Assembly: GCA_038087875.1 (NCBI GenBank)
Contig: JAXLNO010005073.1
Coordinates: forward strand, 124,001 to 188,000
Length of the DNA: 64,000 bases
Direction: 5' to 3'
Source: Malacoraja senta
Lineage: Eukaryota
Below the pieces are notes generated by a model, which worked only from the letters and a program-made list of their open reading frames with translations, searched no databases and had not been told where the DNA came from. Numbering within the stretch: position 1 is the stretch's first letter; each line of letters begins with the position of its first letter. This document shows, piece by piece, positions 1 to 13,890 of the stretch. The position numbers and the translations under genes were made by a program.

Positions 1-1726
1 GTCTTCACTAAGGAAGACATAAATAATCTGCCGGAAATAGCAGGGGGCCGCGGGTCAAAGGAGATGGAAGAACTGAGTGAAATCCAGGTTAGTCGGGAAG
101 TGGTGTTGGGTAAATTGAATGGATTAAAGGCCGATAAATCACCAGGGCCAGATAGGCTGCATCCCAGAGTACTTAAGGAAGTAGCTCCAGAAATAGTGGA
201 TGCATTAGTGATAATTTTTCAAAACTCTTTGGATTCTGGAGTAGTTCCTGAGGATTGGAGGGTAGCAAACGTAACCCCACTTTTTAAGAAGGGAGGGAGA
301 GAGAAAACGGGGAATTACAGACCAGTTAGTCTAACATCGGTAGTGGGGAAACTGCTAGAGTCAGTTATTAAAGATGGGATAGCAGCACATTTGGAAAGTG
401 GTGAAATCATTGGACAAAGTCAGCATGGATTTACGAAAGGTAAATCGTGTCTGACGAAACTTATAGAATTTTTCGAGGATGTAACTAGTAGAGTGGATAG
501 GGGAGAACCAGTGGATGTGTTGTATCTGGACTTTCAGAAGGCTTTCGACAAGGTACCACATACGAGATTAGGATACAAACTTAAATCACACGGTATTGGG
601 TTTTCAGTATTGATGTGGATAGAGAACTGGCTGGCAAACAGGAAGCAAAGAGTAGGAGTAAACGGGTCCTTTTCACAATGGCAGGCAGTGACTAGTGGGG
701 TGCCGCAAGGCTCAGTGCTGGGACCCCAGCTATTTACAATTTATATTAATGATCTGGACGAGGGAATTGAAAGCAACATCTCCAAGTTTGCGGATGACAC
801 GAAGCTGGGGGGCAGTGTTAGCTGTGAGGAGGATGCTAGGAGACTGCAAGGTGACTTGGATAGGCTGGGTGAGTGGGCAAATGTTTGGCAGATGCAGTAT
901 AATGTGGATAAATGTGAGGTTATCCACTTTGGTGGCAAAAACGGGAAGGCAGACTATTATCTAAATGGTGGCCGATTAGGAAATGGGGAGATGCAGCGAG
1001 ACCTGGGTGTCATGGTACACCAGTCATTGAAAGTAGGCATGCAGGTGCAGCAGGCAGTGAAGAAAGCGAATGGTATGTTGGCCTTCATAGCAAGAGGATT
1101 TGAGTATAGGAGCAGGGAGGTTCTACTGCAGTTGTACAGGGTCATGGTGAGACCACACCTGGAGTATTGCGTACAGTTTTGGTCTCCAAATCTGAGGAAG
1201 GACATTATAGCCATAGAGGGAGTGCAGAGAAGGTTCACCAGACTGATTCCTGGGATGTCAGGACTTTCATATGAAGAAAGACTGGATAGACTTGGCTTAT
1301 ACTCGCTAGAATTTAGGAGATTGAGAGGGGATCTTATAGAAACGTACAACATTCTTATGGGGTTGGACAGGCTAGATGCAGGAAGATAGTTCCCGATGTT
1401 GGGGAAGTCCAGGACAAGGGGTCACAGCTTAAGGATAAGGGGGAAAACCTTTAAGACCGAGATGAGGAAAAACGTTTTCACACAGAGAGTGGTGAATCTC
1501 TGGAACTCTCTGCCACAGAGGGTAGTTGAGGCCTGTTCATTGGCTATATTTAAGAGGGAGTTAGATGTGGCCCTTGTGGCTAAAGGGATCAGGGGGTATG
1601 GAGAGAAGGCAGGTATGGGATACTGAGTTGGATGATCAGCCATGATCATATTGAATGGCGGTGCAGGCTCGAAGAGCCGAATGGCCTACTCCTGCACCTA
1701 TTTTCTTTGTATCTATGTATCTATGT
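1..1726 (+). mobile_element. CR1-clade LINE, RT region and 3' end (continues off the window start)
   Basis: ORF 64-1389 has PQGSVLGP and KFADD RT motifs and an in-frame stop at 1387-1389; (ctatgtat)n tail. Confidence 0.95.
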
Positions 1727-1952
1727 ATTGCAGTAACGAGTCGGGAAGAAACTTGGATGTATCTTGCTGTTTACCATCAACAATAAAGCATTTATTCAAC
1801 AAAAGACTGTGTTGAAGCTTTATGAGTGAAGAAGCTCTGAAGGTCACTGAGGAAGCTTGCATGCGTATCGAAGATATTCCCCTCATCCATTCTCATCCAA
1901 ATAGCGGCTAGAGAACTCGTTTCTCAAAAGATAAGAAAAATCTGCCGCTACA
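1727..1952 (+). mobile_element. 3' half of a BEL/Pao LTR
   Basis: Aligns to 50989-51215 and ends in TACA. Confidence 0.85.
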
Positions 1953-2280
1953 CCGATGTTGGGTGAGTCCAGAACCAGGGGCCACTGTTTAAGAATAAGG
2001 GGTAAGCCATTTAGAACGTAGACGATGAAACACTTTTTCTCACAGAGAATTGTGAATCTGTGGAATTCTCTGCCTCAGAGGGCGGTGGAGGCAGGTTCAC
2101 TGGATGCTTTCAAGAGAGAGCAAGATAGGACTCTTAAAGATAGCGGATTCAGGGCATATGGGGAGAAGGCAGGAATGGGGTACTGATTGGGAATGATCAG
2201 CCATGATCACATTGAATGGCGGTGCTGGATCGAAGGGCCGAATGGCCTACTCCTGCACCTATTGTCTATTGTCTATTGTA
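1953..2280 (+). mobile_element. 5'-truncated CR1 3' fragment
   Basis: Matches the CR1 C-terminus and 3'UTR; (gtctatt)n tail. Confidence 0.85.
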
Positions 2281-3000
2281 GGCTAACAAAGTAGTCGAAG
2301 TGTTTACAATACATTCGGCATTTCCGATCTGTTTAAATTCGGATAATGACATGATGTTGCATTTGGCTCCAGTGTCGATCTTTGCAACAGTAATGGTGTT
2401 GACATGAAGTGAAACTTCAGGGTTGAGTTGCTTGTTAGTGGAAGCAACCAAGGAGTTTATGTTATGGCTGCTATCTACATGCTCAGGGAGTAGAGCTGGA
2501 GGCGGCGCTGCTAGCTCTTCGTACTTACTATCAGCAGCTTCATGTTTTAACCAGTGTACAGACTGCCTTGGGAGTGATCGGATTCCACGAGTACTGCAAC
2601 ATTTTGAGAAATTATTTCTTCTTTTGCAAAAATGGCATATTTTTCCGAGAGCAAAGCAAAGTTTGCGATCTGCAGGGTGGGAGCCGCTACAGTTAGAACA
2701 CTTTCCAATAATCTTTGAGATTGTCGAGATGATGTGTGGGGTTGTGAGCGCTATTTATGGTAGGAAGTGTCGATAGCATCGACATGGTATGAGGAATGCG
2801 GTCTGGGTCCCAATGACCTGGTGTGAGAGGTCATGATCTCATTAATACGACAAGCATGTTCAGCTTGGGCAAGTGTCAGTTCAGTATCACAAAGTAATTC
2901 ATCGCATACTTTATCACTGAGAATTCCACCCATAGGCTGTGGACCGAGCATCAAAAATGTGTCTAGAAATCCATTTTCGTGACCCACGTCACGGAACTAC
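2281..3000 (-). mobile_element. Gypsy/Ty3-like gag-protease remnant (second copy 57165-57860)
   Basis: AKIDTGAKCNIM aspartic-protease motif and a gag-like GILSDKVCDELLCDTELTL segment, both broken. Confidence 0.65.
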
Positions 3001-3116
3001 ATGAAATTTTCCACAGTTTTGGTTTAATATAATTGAGAAGGATGTCATAACTCGTCATTCCCAAAAGTTGCACATTAATTAATTAAACTAATTAGAAAAT
3101 GAGATAGGGAAAGTAC

Positions 3117-3119
<3 letters not shown>

Positions 3120-3177
<58 letters not shown>
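3120..3177. repeat. (TA)n microsatellite
   Basis: Direct reading. Confidence 0.99.
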
Positions 3178-3179
<2 letters not shown>

Positions 3180-3479
3180 CTTGTAAATATGACTGTAATC
3201 ATATATAATTAAGTATAATTATATCATAAAAAATAATATGATGAATATAATTGTGAGTGTTTTTTAATGACACTGTCGCAGTGGTCCTGCTCCTGAACCA
3301 GCCTAATTAATGGGTGAGGGCAGTTCTTGTGGGTTCCTCCCTTTACTGAACCCCACTGACTGCCAATGTGCAGAGTGGGGGTCACGGCCATAGTGGGACA
3401 GGGGCAGTTCCAGGCTGGGGGACAGCCCTTCAAGGCATCTACCAGTTGTTTTAATAGGAAATTTAATGAGACTGCAGCA

Positions 3480-5170
3480 GAGGTCCCAGGTTTTTTAAAT
3501 TTTATTTTATTATTTTTTTAAATTATTTTTATTAGAAGTACGGTAAATTACAGTAATACACAACACTTATATCTTAATACATTTTTTATACCGCTTCATT
3601 TTTTTGAGCTTTAAGAGAAAGATAGAAGTAAGAAAAGTAAAGAAAGTGCGCAAGAGTCGTGAGGTGCAAGAGAGTGTTGTGAAAAGAAAGCCCCTTAGAA
3701 AAGAAGTTAGAGAAGGAAGTAAAGTAAGAAAGTAGATCCTAGAAAAGAAAGAAAAAGAAAGTAGGAACAATCGCAGAAAGGGAACCACCAACCAAGTCTG
3801 TTTTTATTGTTTTACCTCCCATTACCAGGTCCTGACACCATTTCTTTATTTATTTATTTTTTAAATTACTATTGCACCTCATGCTTGTAATAGGTCCAAA
3901 AACGTAGACCACGTCTTTTGGAATTGGTCTGCTTTCCCTGCTAAGAGGAATCTCATCTCTTCCAGATGTAATGTTTCCAACATATTTGATGTCCACATTT
4001 TTATTGTTGGTGTGGGCGCATTTTTCCAGAATTTAAGTATGAGCCTTTTTCCCATTATTAGCCCGAAATTGAATAAGTTCTTCTGATACACGTTTAATTC
4101 AGGGATACCTTCCGATATTCCAAAAATGAACCATTCTGGTTTTGGTACCAGTTTTATTTTAATTAATTTTTAGAAAATATCAAATATTTCATACCAAAAA
4201 TTTTAGATTTTTGTACACAAAACAAAAGAATGCGCTATGGTAGCTTCTTGACATAGACATTTATCACAGATTGGTGAAACATTAGGAAAGATTTTATTTT
4301 ATTTAGTTTTTGAATAATATAGTCTATGTAATGTTTTGAATTGGATGAGCATATATACGTTGATCGAACATTTATGCACCTGTAGTAAGTGGTTATCCCA
4401 GCTCTCTTTTGAAATTTTTATAGCTAATTCTTGTTCCCAGTCTCTTCTAATTCCTTCTGTTGTGGGTATTTCTATGTTTAAAATGATATTATATAAGTAC
4501 GATATTAGATTAGCTGATTCCGCCTTTGTCTTCATTGCTTCATCTAGTAAGTCGGAAGGCATATTATGATAGTCTTTTGTGTATTTTCTCAGGTAATCAC
4601 GAATTTGTAGATATTTAAAATATTGATTATTTTTCAGATTATATTTCAGTTGTAGTTGTTGAAATGATAGTAATTTTCCCAATTCATACAGATCTTCGAG
4701 CGTTTTGATTCCCATTCTTTCCCATTGTATAAATGATTTGTCTATGGTTGAAGGTTTAAACGATGGGTTATTAACTATTGGTATTGAGAGAGATAGGTTT
4801 CTTAATTTTAGATTCTGTTTTATTTGTTTCCATGTTCTAATTGTGCTATTTATAATTGGGTTTTTATTATAATTTTTATTATTCAAATTTATTGGAGAGA
4901 GAATAATCGCTCCTATATTACTCGGGGAAAAGTCCCCTTTTTCCACTATAATCCAGTCCACCTGCTGGGCAGAATTGTCCAGCAGGTGAATCATATTTTT
5001 AATATTTACTGGCCATTTATAATACATAAAGTTAGGGAGCGCGAGACCCCCCAACTCTTTTCGTTTATTAAGGTGTGCTCTTTGTATTCTATGGGATTTA
5101 TAATCCCATATAAAATTTGTAATGTCTGAATCCAATTTTTTGAAAAACTTTTCCCCAGGTTTTAAGGGCT
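3480..5170 (-). mobile_element. L1/Tx1-like LINE ORF2 C-terminal fragment (second copy ~58430-60100)
   Basis: ORF 4299-5135 has FIW...GGLALPNF..Y; a CDKC zinc-knuckle-like motif follows downstream. Confidence 0.8.
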
Positions 5171-5369
5171 CATGAACCTGCCTAATTAAAGGGTCAGGAC
5201 AGATCCTCTGTGTTCCCCCGTTTACTGAACCCCACTGACTGCCATAGTGGGGAGAGTGGGGGTAACGGCCATAGTGGGACTGGGGCAGTGCCAGGCTGGG
5301 TGACAGACCTGTAAGAGGCCTGTCTTATTTCTGATGTAAATGCCACATCCTGACCAAGAATCGAATGAT

Positions 5370-6070
5370 CTGATGTTTTACCCCAGACCGGGTTTATTCC
5401 GCTCCCCTGTGTGTTTATAACATTATTTACCTCAGTTTTACCCCAGACCGGGTATATACAAGATTCAAGAGAGTTTATTGTCGTGTGTCCCAGATAGGAC
5501 AATGACATTCTTGCTTTGCTTCAGCACAAAAGAATATAGACGGCATGAATACAGAAAAGATCAGTGTGTCCATATACCATTGTATAAATATATACACACA
5601 TGTATAAATAAAACAGATAAAGTGCAAATAAACTGATAATGGGCTATTAATGATCAGAGTTTTGTTTGAGTTGAGTTCAATATCCTGATGGCTGTAGGGC
5701 TGTTTGTGTATTTTGTTCCCCTGTGTGTTTATAACATTATTTACTGTATTATACTGTATTATAACATTATTTACTGTCACTACGTCATGTTGTTACTTGT
5801 GGGCGGAGCACCAATGCAAATTCCTTGTATGTGAATACTTGGCCAATAAACTTACTTTACCTCAGTTTTACCCCAGACCGGGTTCATTCCACTCCCCTGT
5901 GTGTTTATAACATTATTTACTGTCACTGTATGTCATGTTGTTACTTATGGGCAGAGCACCAAGGCAAATTTCTTGTATGTGAATACCTGGCCAATAAACA
6001 TACTTAACCTCAGTTTTACCCCAGACCGGGTTTATTTTGTTCTCCTGTGTGTTTATAACATTATTTACCC
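5370..6070. repeat. Cluster of short duplicated modules around a Rex1-type tail (second copy 60305-60860)
   Basis: Recurring cagttttaccccagaccgggtt...tgtgtgtttataacattatttac. Confidence 0.75.
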
Positions 6071-6074
6071 CAGC

Positions 6075-6265
6075 CCAGTGACTAAGTGGGTTTTCTCAGA
6101 GATCTTCACTTTCCTCCCACACTCCAAAGATGTGCATGTTTGTAGGTTAATTGACTTCGTATAAATGCAACATTGTCCCTATTGTGTGTAGGATAGTGTT
6201 AATGTGCGGGGATCGCTGGTCGGTGCAGATTCGTTGGGCCAAAGGGCCTGTTTCCACGCTGTTTC
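6075..6265 (+). mobile_element. Partial tRNA-derived SINE, HE1-like (second copy 60860-61050)
   Basis: Shares its body with the full SINE copies at 16925 and 41538. Confidence 0.75.
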
Positions 6266-7219
6266 CCCAAATGTGAAACGTACCATGTCACATGAAGTGT
6301 TCTCCCCGACACTGCTCCTGATACTGTGCCCTTTACCATGCACATTGAAACCCTGTGCACAAACAGAAACAGATAGGAGCATGCAGGCAGTTCAAATATC
6401 TGGAGAAACACACCATGACAAACCAGATACTACTTTAACTGACAAAGAAATACTTTGAATTAAATGAGACGTACAAGTAAAGGAACAGTAGTGAAGTTTG
6501 GCCCAGTTTATGCAACATTCGGCAGAATGGGGTAGACAGTCTAACCCTGGCAGACTCTTCCTGCATCAGAGGACCCAGTCTTTGGAGATCCTGGGTGGAA
6601 ACTAACACTAATTGGTCACCCCTTTAGAAAGGAGCAGAGAGGAGAGGAAATGGATTCTGGCAACAGACACAAACAGACTAAACCAATTATAGATTTAGAT
6701 CAATTCCAAACAAAGCTACAGTTGGGTGAATGGAAGGGGCAAGATTACTTAATTGTAATGAGTTAAACACAAGTGTCATGAACATTAAACTACTTTCCCT
6801 GCAACAGCAGCCAACTAGGATGACTTTAACCAGGGAATGTAACCTGGTCCAAAACAAAGTGCTGGAGGTACTTGGCAGATCAGGCACCATCTACCCGACC
6901 ACAAAGGGAATGGACAGATGCTGTCGTTTCCTGTTGGGGACCCATTAAGACTGATGGAGTCGGGTAGAGAAAGTGGGAAAGAGGTGGGAGCAGGACAAAG
7001 CCTGTTATGTGATTAGTGGATACAGGGGAGAGGGTGATGGGTTGTGACATTGGCTAGGGGTGACAAGGAGACAAAAGGTGCAACAGATGAGAAGAGTGAA
7101 ACGTAAAGCTGGAGGGAGGGATACGGGTGGAAGGGGATAGAGTGAAATATGAGACTGGTTTGGGAGGTGAGCATACACAGGGAAGGAGCAGAGTGACCAA
7201 GTTGTTGGGGGAAGTGTTC

Positions 7220-7512
7220 AAACCAGGGTGGGGGGTGCAGGGAAAGAGGGGGTTCCCATTACCAGGGTGGGGGGTGCAGGGAAAGAGGGGGTCCCCATCA
7301 CCAGGGTGGGGGGTGCAGGGAAAGAGGGGGTTCCCATCACCAGTGTGGGGGGGTGCATGGAAAGAGGGGCTTCCCATCACCAGTGTGGGGGGAGTGCAGG
7401 GAAAGAGGGGGTTCCCATCACCAGGGTGGGGGGGGGGGGGTCAGGGAAAGAGGGGGTTCCCATCACCAGGGTGGGGGGGATGCAGGGAAAGAGGGGGTTC
7501 CCATCACCAGTA
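7220..7512. repeat. ~39-bp G-rich minisatellite (copies at 22075-22170 and 62000-62402)
   Basis: Unit gggaaagagggggttcccatcaccagggtggggggtgca. Confidence 0.92.
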
Positions 7513-7554
7513 TGCTGATTTCCCACCTCAATGCCACATTTCCCTTTTATCCTG

Positions 7555-8150
7555 GGTTAGCCTCTACTTCCTGAGAAGATTACCGAGAGTCGGTTTGTCA
7601 AGGAGGACTCTCTCTAACTTCTACAGGTGCACAGTAGAGAGCATGCTGACCGGTTGCATCGTGGCTTGGTTCAGCAACTTGAGCGCCCTGGAGAGGAAAA
7701 GACTACAAAAAGTAGTAAACACAGCCCAGTCCATCATCGGCTCTGACCTTCCTTCCATCGAGGGGATCTATCGCAGTCGCTGCCTCAAAAAGGCTGGCAG
7801 CATCATCAAGGACCCACACCATCCTGGCCACACACTCATCTCCCCGCTACCTTCAGGTAGAAGGTACAGGAGCCTGAAGACTGCAACATCCATGTCAGGA
7901 ATAGCTACTTCCCCACAGCCATCAGGCTATTAAACCTGGCTCGGACAAAACTCTGAACATTAATAGCTCATTATATGTTATTTGTACTTCATCAGTTTAT
8001 TTATTCATGTGTGTATATATTTATATAATGGTATATGGACGCACTGATCTGTTTTGTAGTCAATGCCTACTATGTTCTGTTGTGCTGAAGCAAAGCAAGA
8101 ATGTCATTGTCCTATCAGAGACACATGACAATAAACTCACTTGAACTTGA
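7555..8150 (+). mobile_element. Rex1/Babar-type LINE 3' fragment (second copy 62455-63030)
   Basis: FYRCTVESMLTGCIVAWF...RLQKVVNTAQ matches the longer element at 31-33 kb. Confidence 0.85.
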
Positions 8151-9119
8151 ACTATCCCCTCCCATGTCCCATTCACCCATAAACCTCCCTCTGGCTTCAT
8201 CTTCCACACCTCTCCCCTTCTTATCCAACATGTTTTATCACTTTCACCTCTGGCCTTTGTTACTTTTTCCATCCATCTGCCAATCATCCACCCCCACATG
8301 CCAGGCTTTGTCCCATCCCCACTTTCCATCTATCTCCCCCTACTCCAGTCTGTAGGTTTCCAACCCAAATGCCATCTGCCTATTTCCCCCACAGATGCTG
8401 CCTGACCCTCAGAGTTCCTCCAGCACTTCTGCTCAACATTCCAGCACCCTGAAATACAAGGAACGTGACCACAAAGCAATTAGGAAAAGACATTGTTAAT
8501 CTTTCTCAAAGATTTATCCCCATTGAAACCACGAGAAGGTCTAAACAAGGGCCTTATCTTCATATCATCTCCACAAAGACTAGATTAGATAGACTTGGTT
8601 ATAGCAAAATAAAATCACGTTAATGATTGAAATCTCCTGACATCCTTGATCACACCCTCTTTGACAATCAGTACTTGGAACAGCAAGTTGACAAAGCCCA
8701 TCTATCACAAACCATAGAAAACTGGGGACATTAGAAGATCTCCAAAGACCTTAGCACATCAACCAGAAACAAGTAGAATAACTGTAGAGGGAGAAACAGC
8801 AGCAGGTGAGAAAATTCTACATTCACCTCAAAATATCAAACACTGGGTGGACAGGGCCTGGAAAAATAACTCTAGTCCCAATGTTTCAAGGTCATTTTAT
8901 CGTCACATGTACCAATTAAGGTCCAGTGAAATTCAAATGTGTCTGCAGTAGTGAATCCTACAGGGTAGAAGAATACATTGACTATTATCATAATCAAACT
9001 GGCACAGCAACATGCCAGCCATATCAAACACAACACTTCACACAAACAGTAAACTCCCTGAATGAGCTGCCCAATGCTGTAACTCTTACTATGGGCATCA
9101 AACGTGACACTCTGTGAAA

Positions 9120-11760
9120 TGTCACGTATCCATGTTCTCCACAGATGCTGCCTGACCCGCTGAGTTACTCCAGAACTCTGTGAAACGGCACCTATCCATG
9201 TTCTCCACATATGCTGCCTGACCCGCTAAGTTACTCCAGCACTCTGTGAAACGGCACCTATCCATGTTCCCCACAGATGCTGCCTGACCCGCTGAGTTAC
9301 TCCAGCACGTTGTGCCTTCTTTTGTAAATCAGCACCTGCAGTTCCTTGATTTTCATCCCAAATATTGCTTGGTTTCAGGGTTTTCACTAAATTTGGTATC
9401 TGTCCAATGGGTGCATTACGGGGAAAGGTAAAGGGTCACAGAGCAATAGAGAACCATTTTGCAGTAAAGAACACAATACCTAATTTGTAGACAGCGCTCC
9501 CAATGTGCAGTGAATTCACATAACAGGTCGCTCCAATTTGTGGTCAACACTCCCACCGTGTGGTGATCCGCCGCACTGCAGGCCCGTCCAATGTGTGGTC
9601 AACACTCCCACCGTGTGGTGATCCGCCGCACTGCAGGCCCGTCCAATTTGTGGTCAACACTCCCACCGTGTGGATTAAGAAAATAATGCAGATGCTGGAA
9701 AAATCGAAGGTTGACAAAAATGCTGGAGTAACTCAGCGGGTGAGGCAGCATTTATGGAGAGAAGGAATAGGTGGCGTTTCAGGTCGCGACCCTTCTTCAG
9801 ACTGAAGTTGGTGGGGTTCGGGAAACAGAAAGGAAGAGGCAGAGACATTAGGCTGTGGGAGAGCTGGGAATCGAAGGGGAAGGAGGGAGAAAATAAGGAC
9901 TATCTGAAATTGGAGAATGGGAAGATGAGGCAGGTGGTGGGATCCCGTTGGAGGTGGCAAAAATCTCACAGGATTATCTGTTGTATGTGACGGCTGGTAG
10001 GGTGGAAGGTGAGGACAATAGACAATAGACAATAGGTGCAGGAGTAGATGCCATTTGGCCCTTCGAGCCAGAACCGCCATTCAACGTGATCTTGGCTGAT
10101 CATCCCCAATCAGAACCCCGTTCCTGCCTTCTCCCCATATCCCCTGACTCCGCTATTTTTAAGAGCCCTATCCAGCTCCTTCTTGAAAATATCCAGAGAA
10201 CCTGCCTCCACCGCCCTCTGAGGCAGAGAATTCCACAGACTCACAATTCTCTGTGAGAAAAAGTGTTTCCTCGTCTCTGTTCTAAATGGCTTACTCCTTA
10301 TTCTTAAACTGTGTGTGGCCCCTGGTTCTGGGCTCCCCCAATATTGGGAACACGTTTCCTGCCTCTAGTGTGTCCAACTCCTTAACAAACGTATATGTTT
10401 CAATGAGATTCCCTCTCATTCTTCTAAACTCCAAAGTATACAAGCCCAGCCGCTCCATTCTCTCAGCATATGACAGTCCCGCCATCCCAGGAATTAACCT
10501 GGTGAACCTACGCTGGGCTCCCTCAATAGCAAGAATTTCCTTCCTCAAATTAGGGGACCAAAACTGTACACAATACTCCAGGTGTGGTCTCACTAGGGCC
10601 CTGTACAACTGCAGAAGGACCTCTTTGCTCCTATACTCAACTCCTCTTGTTATAAAGGTCAACATGCCATTGGCTTTCTTCACTGCCTGCTGTACCTGCA
10701 TGCTTACTTTCAGTGACTGATGAACAAGGACCCCCAGAACCCGTTGTACTTCCCCATTTCACACAAGAGGTTAACAACTAGTTCACGTTAACTTTCCTCA
10801 ACCAAGTACAATGTAGAACCACTTTATATTCCTCACTGTCTTCTTAATCATAACAATTAGTCATCAACTGAAAACCAGTCTTCATAAAGGGCCCCAATTA
10901 AAACACAATTGGACATCTATCCAGGAGACAAATTCATTCTTGCCATTGCCTTCATGAAGTAAATGGAACCACACCCAGAAATCAGTCTGAGGCTCCCAAC
11001 CCAAGAGCTCACCTATCCATGTTCTCCACAGATGCTGCCTGACCCGCTGAGTTACTCCAGCACTTTGTGTCTTGTTTTGTTAACCAGCACCTGCAGTTCC
11101 TTGATTTTCATCCCAAATCTTCCCTGGTTTCACGGCTTTTACTAAATTTGGTATCTGTGCAATGGGTGCATTACGGGGAAAGGTAAAGGGTCACAGACCA
11201 ACAAAGACCCATTTTGCAGTAAATAGCACAATATCTAATTTGTAGACAGCGCTCCCAATGTGCAGTGAATTCACGAACAGGTCGCTCCAATTTGTGGTCA
11301 ACACTCCCACCGTGTGGTGATCCACCGCACTGCAGGCCCGTCCAATTTGTGGTCAACACTCCCACCGTGTGGTGATCCACTGCACTGCAGTCCCATCCAA
11401 TTTGTGGTCAACACTCCCACCGTGTGGATCAAGAGAGAACTGCAGAAGCTGGAAAAATCGAAGGTAGACAAAAATGCTGGAGTAACTCAGCGGGTGAGGC
11501 AGCATCTATGGAGAGAAGGAATAGGTGACGTTTCAGGTCGAGACCCTTCTTCAGACTGAAGTTGGGGTGGGGGAGCGGGAAAAAGGACGGAAAAGGCAGA
11601 CAGAAGACTGTGGGAGAGCTGGGAAGGGGAAGGAGGGAGAAACCACTGAAATTGGAGGATGGGAAGATGAGGCCAGTGGTGGGATCCCGTTGGAGGTGGC
11701 AATAATGTTGGAGGATTATCTGTTGTATGTGACGGCTGGTAGGGTGGAAGGTGAGGACAT
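9120..11760. repeat. Local direct duplication: 9120-10020 and 11005-11760, each with a 55-bp tandem unit
   Basis: Shared sequence including ccaatttgtggtcaacactcccaccgtgtggtgatccgccgcactgcaggcccgt at ~2.5 copies in each. Confidence 0.85.
10021..10765 (-). mobile_element. CR1 3' fragment
   Basis: ORF 10291-10701 has VRPHLEYCVQFWSP; the CR1 tail is at 10021. Confidence 0.92.
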
Positions 11761-12395
11761 GGGGGACTGTGTCCTTGTTACGAGTAGGGGGGTGGGGAGT
11801 AAGAGCAGAGCTGCGGGATATAGAGAAGACTATGATAAGAGTGCTGGAGAAACTCAGCAGGTCAGGCACCATCTCTGGAGGAAAAGGATGGGTGATATTT
11901 TGGGTAAGAACCCTTCTTCTATTCCATCCCAAAATCACTTGTTTCTCCAGAGATGCTGCCTCACCCACTCAGTCACTCCAGCAATGTGTCTATCTTTGGT
12001 ATAAACCAGCATCTACAGGTCTTGGTTTCTACATTTTACATCAGCCAGATTCAATTTCAGTTGTGATAAGGTTAGGGTATCATCACTTTAGTAAAGATAC
12101 ATCCTTTTATTCTGACACTGTGCCCTCTGGTCCGAGACTCTCCCGCTAGTAGAAACATCCTTTTAGTTCGGAGATACAGCACAGAATCAGCACAATTCCA
12201 GTTGCACCAGAAAAAAATAATCATTAAAAACCCTGGACACTTCAAATGACAACAATGAAAGGAAAAGTCAGCAGAATTAATCAAAGAAGCAAACACAATT
12301 CAGTAGAGAGCGATAGTGTTCTCACCAACCTCATGCCCTGGAGATGTTGATCCACATTAGACACAAGGGGAGACTCCCTGTCTCTACCCTGAGCA

Positions 12396-13178
12396 CTGCT
12401 CCCATCCACAGCCCAGGACCACTGCTCCCATCCACAGCCCAGGACCACTGCTCCCATTCACAGCCCAGGACCACTGCTCCCATCCACAGCCCAGGACCAC
12501 TGCTCCCACCCACAGCCCATGACCACTGCTCCCATCCACAGCCCAGGACCACTGCTCCCATCCACAGCCCAGGACCACTGCTCCCATCCACAGCCCAGGA
12601 CCACTGCTCCCATCCACAGCCCAGGACCACTGCTCCCATCCACAGCCCAGGACCACTGCTCCGATCCACAGCCCAGGACCACTGCACCCATCCACAACCC
12701 AGGACCACTGGTACCATCCACAGCCCAGGACCACTGCTTCCATCCACAGCCCAGGACCACTGCTCCCATCCACAGCCCAGGACCACTGCTCCCATCCACA
12801 GCCCAGGACCACTGCTCCCATCCACAGCCCAGGACCACTGCTCCCATCCACAGCCCAGGACCACTGCTCCCATCCACAGCCCAGGACCACTGCTCCCATC
12901 CACAGCCCAGGACCACTGCTCCCATCCACAGCCCAGGACCACTGCTCCCATCCACAGCCCATGACCACTGCTCCCATCCACAGTCCAGGACCGCTGCTCC
13001 CATCCACAGCCCAGGACCGCTGCTCTCATCCACAGCCCAGGATCGCTGCTCCCATCCACAGCCCAGGACCGCTGCTCCCATCCACAGCCCAGGACCACTG
13101 CTCCCATCCACAGCCCAGGACCACTGCTCTCATCCACAGCCCAGGACCACTGCTCCCATCCACAGCCCAGGACCACTG
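12396..13178. repeat. 26-bp minisatellite, ~30 copies
   Basis: Unit ccatccacagcccaggaccactgctc. Confidence 0.97.
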
Positions 13179-13404
13179 CGCTCAGACACTCCCACAACTC
13201 CCCCTTTTATACACTGCAGCTGACAATTTTCTGATCAGCTTCAATCAAGCTGATTACCACATTCACCAATCGCCCACCAGTGGCTAATCAATGTTTGTTG
13301 CACACATCATGATATCCACCTGGGGCAGTAGTTGTCTGCAGGACAATAATTCCCTCCGACTTGTTGCTTTTTACACAAAGTGGCTGCTTGCATTTCCTTA
13401 AGTC

Positions 13405-13890
13405 AGAGACGACACACAGAAACAGAATTAGGCCATTCGGCCCATCGAGTCTACCCCACCATTCAATCATGGCTGATCTATCTCTCCCTCCTAACCCCAT
13501 TCTCCTGCCTTCTCCCCATAACCCCTGACACCGCACTCATCAACAATCTATCTATCTCTGCCTTAAATATATCCACTGACTTGTGGCCTCCACCGCCGTC
13601 TGTGGCAATGAATCCCACAGATTCACCACCCTCTGGCTAAAGAATTTCCTCCTCATCTCCTTCCTAAAGGAAAGTCCTTTAAATCTGAGGCTGTGCCCTC
13701 TGGTCCTAGACTCTCCCACTAGTGGAAACATCCTCTCCACATCCACTCTCTCTGGGCCTTTCACTGTTCAGAGAAGTTTCAATGAGGTCCCCCCCCCCAC
13801 CCAATCTTCTAAACTCCAGCGCGTACAGACCCAGCGCCGACAAACTCTCATCGTACGTTCACCCACTCGTTCCTGGGATCGTTCTTGTAA
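13405..13890 (-). mobile_element. CR1 3' fragment
   Basis: ORF 13552-13764 has GESRTRGHSL...VVNLWDSLP. Confidence 0.85.

Noticed and set aside
7127-7933. 268-aa ORF (and 61904-62515) as a chimeric gene
   Set aside because: It is accidental read-through from the 39-bp repeat into a Rex1 fragment, and the frame differs between the duplicates.
12331-13287. Several 200-290 aa ORFs on both strands
   Set aside because: They are stop-free readings of the 26-bp minisatellite, open in several frames, with no domain or splice context.
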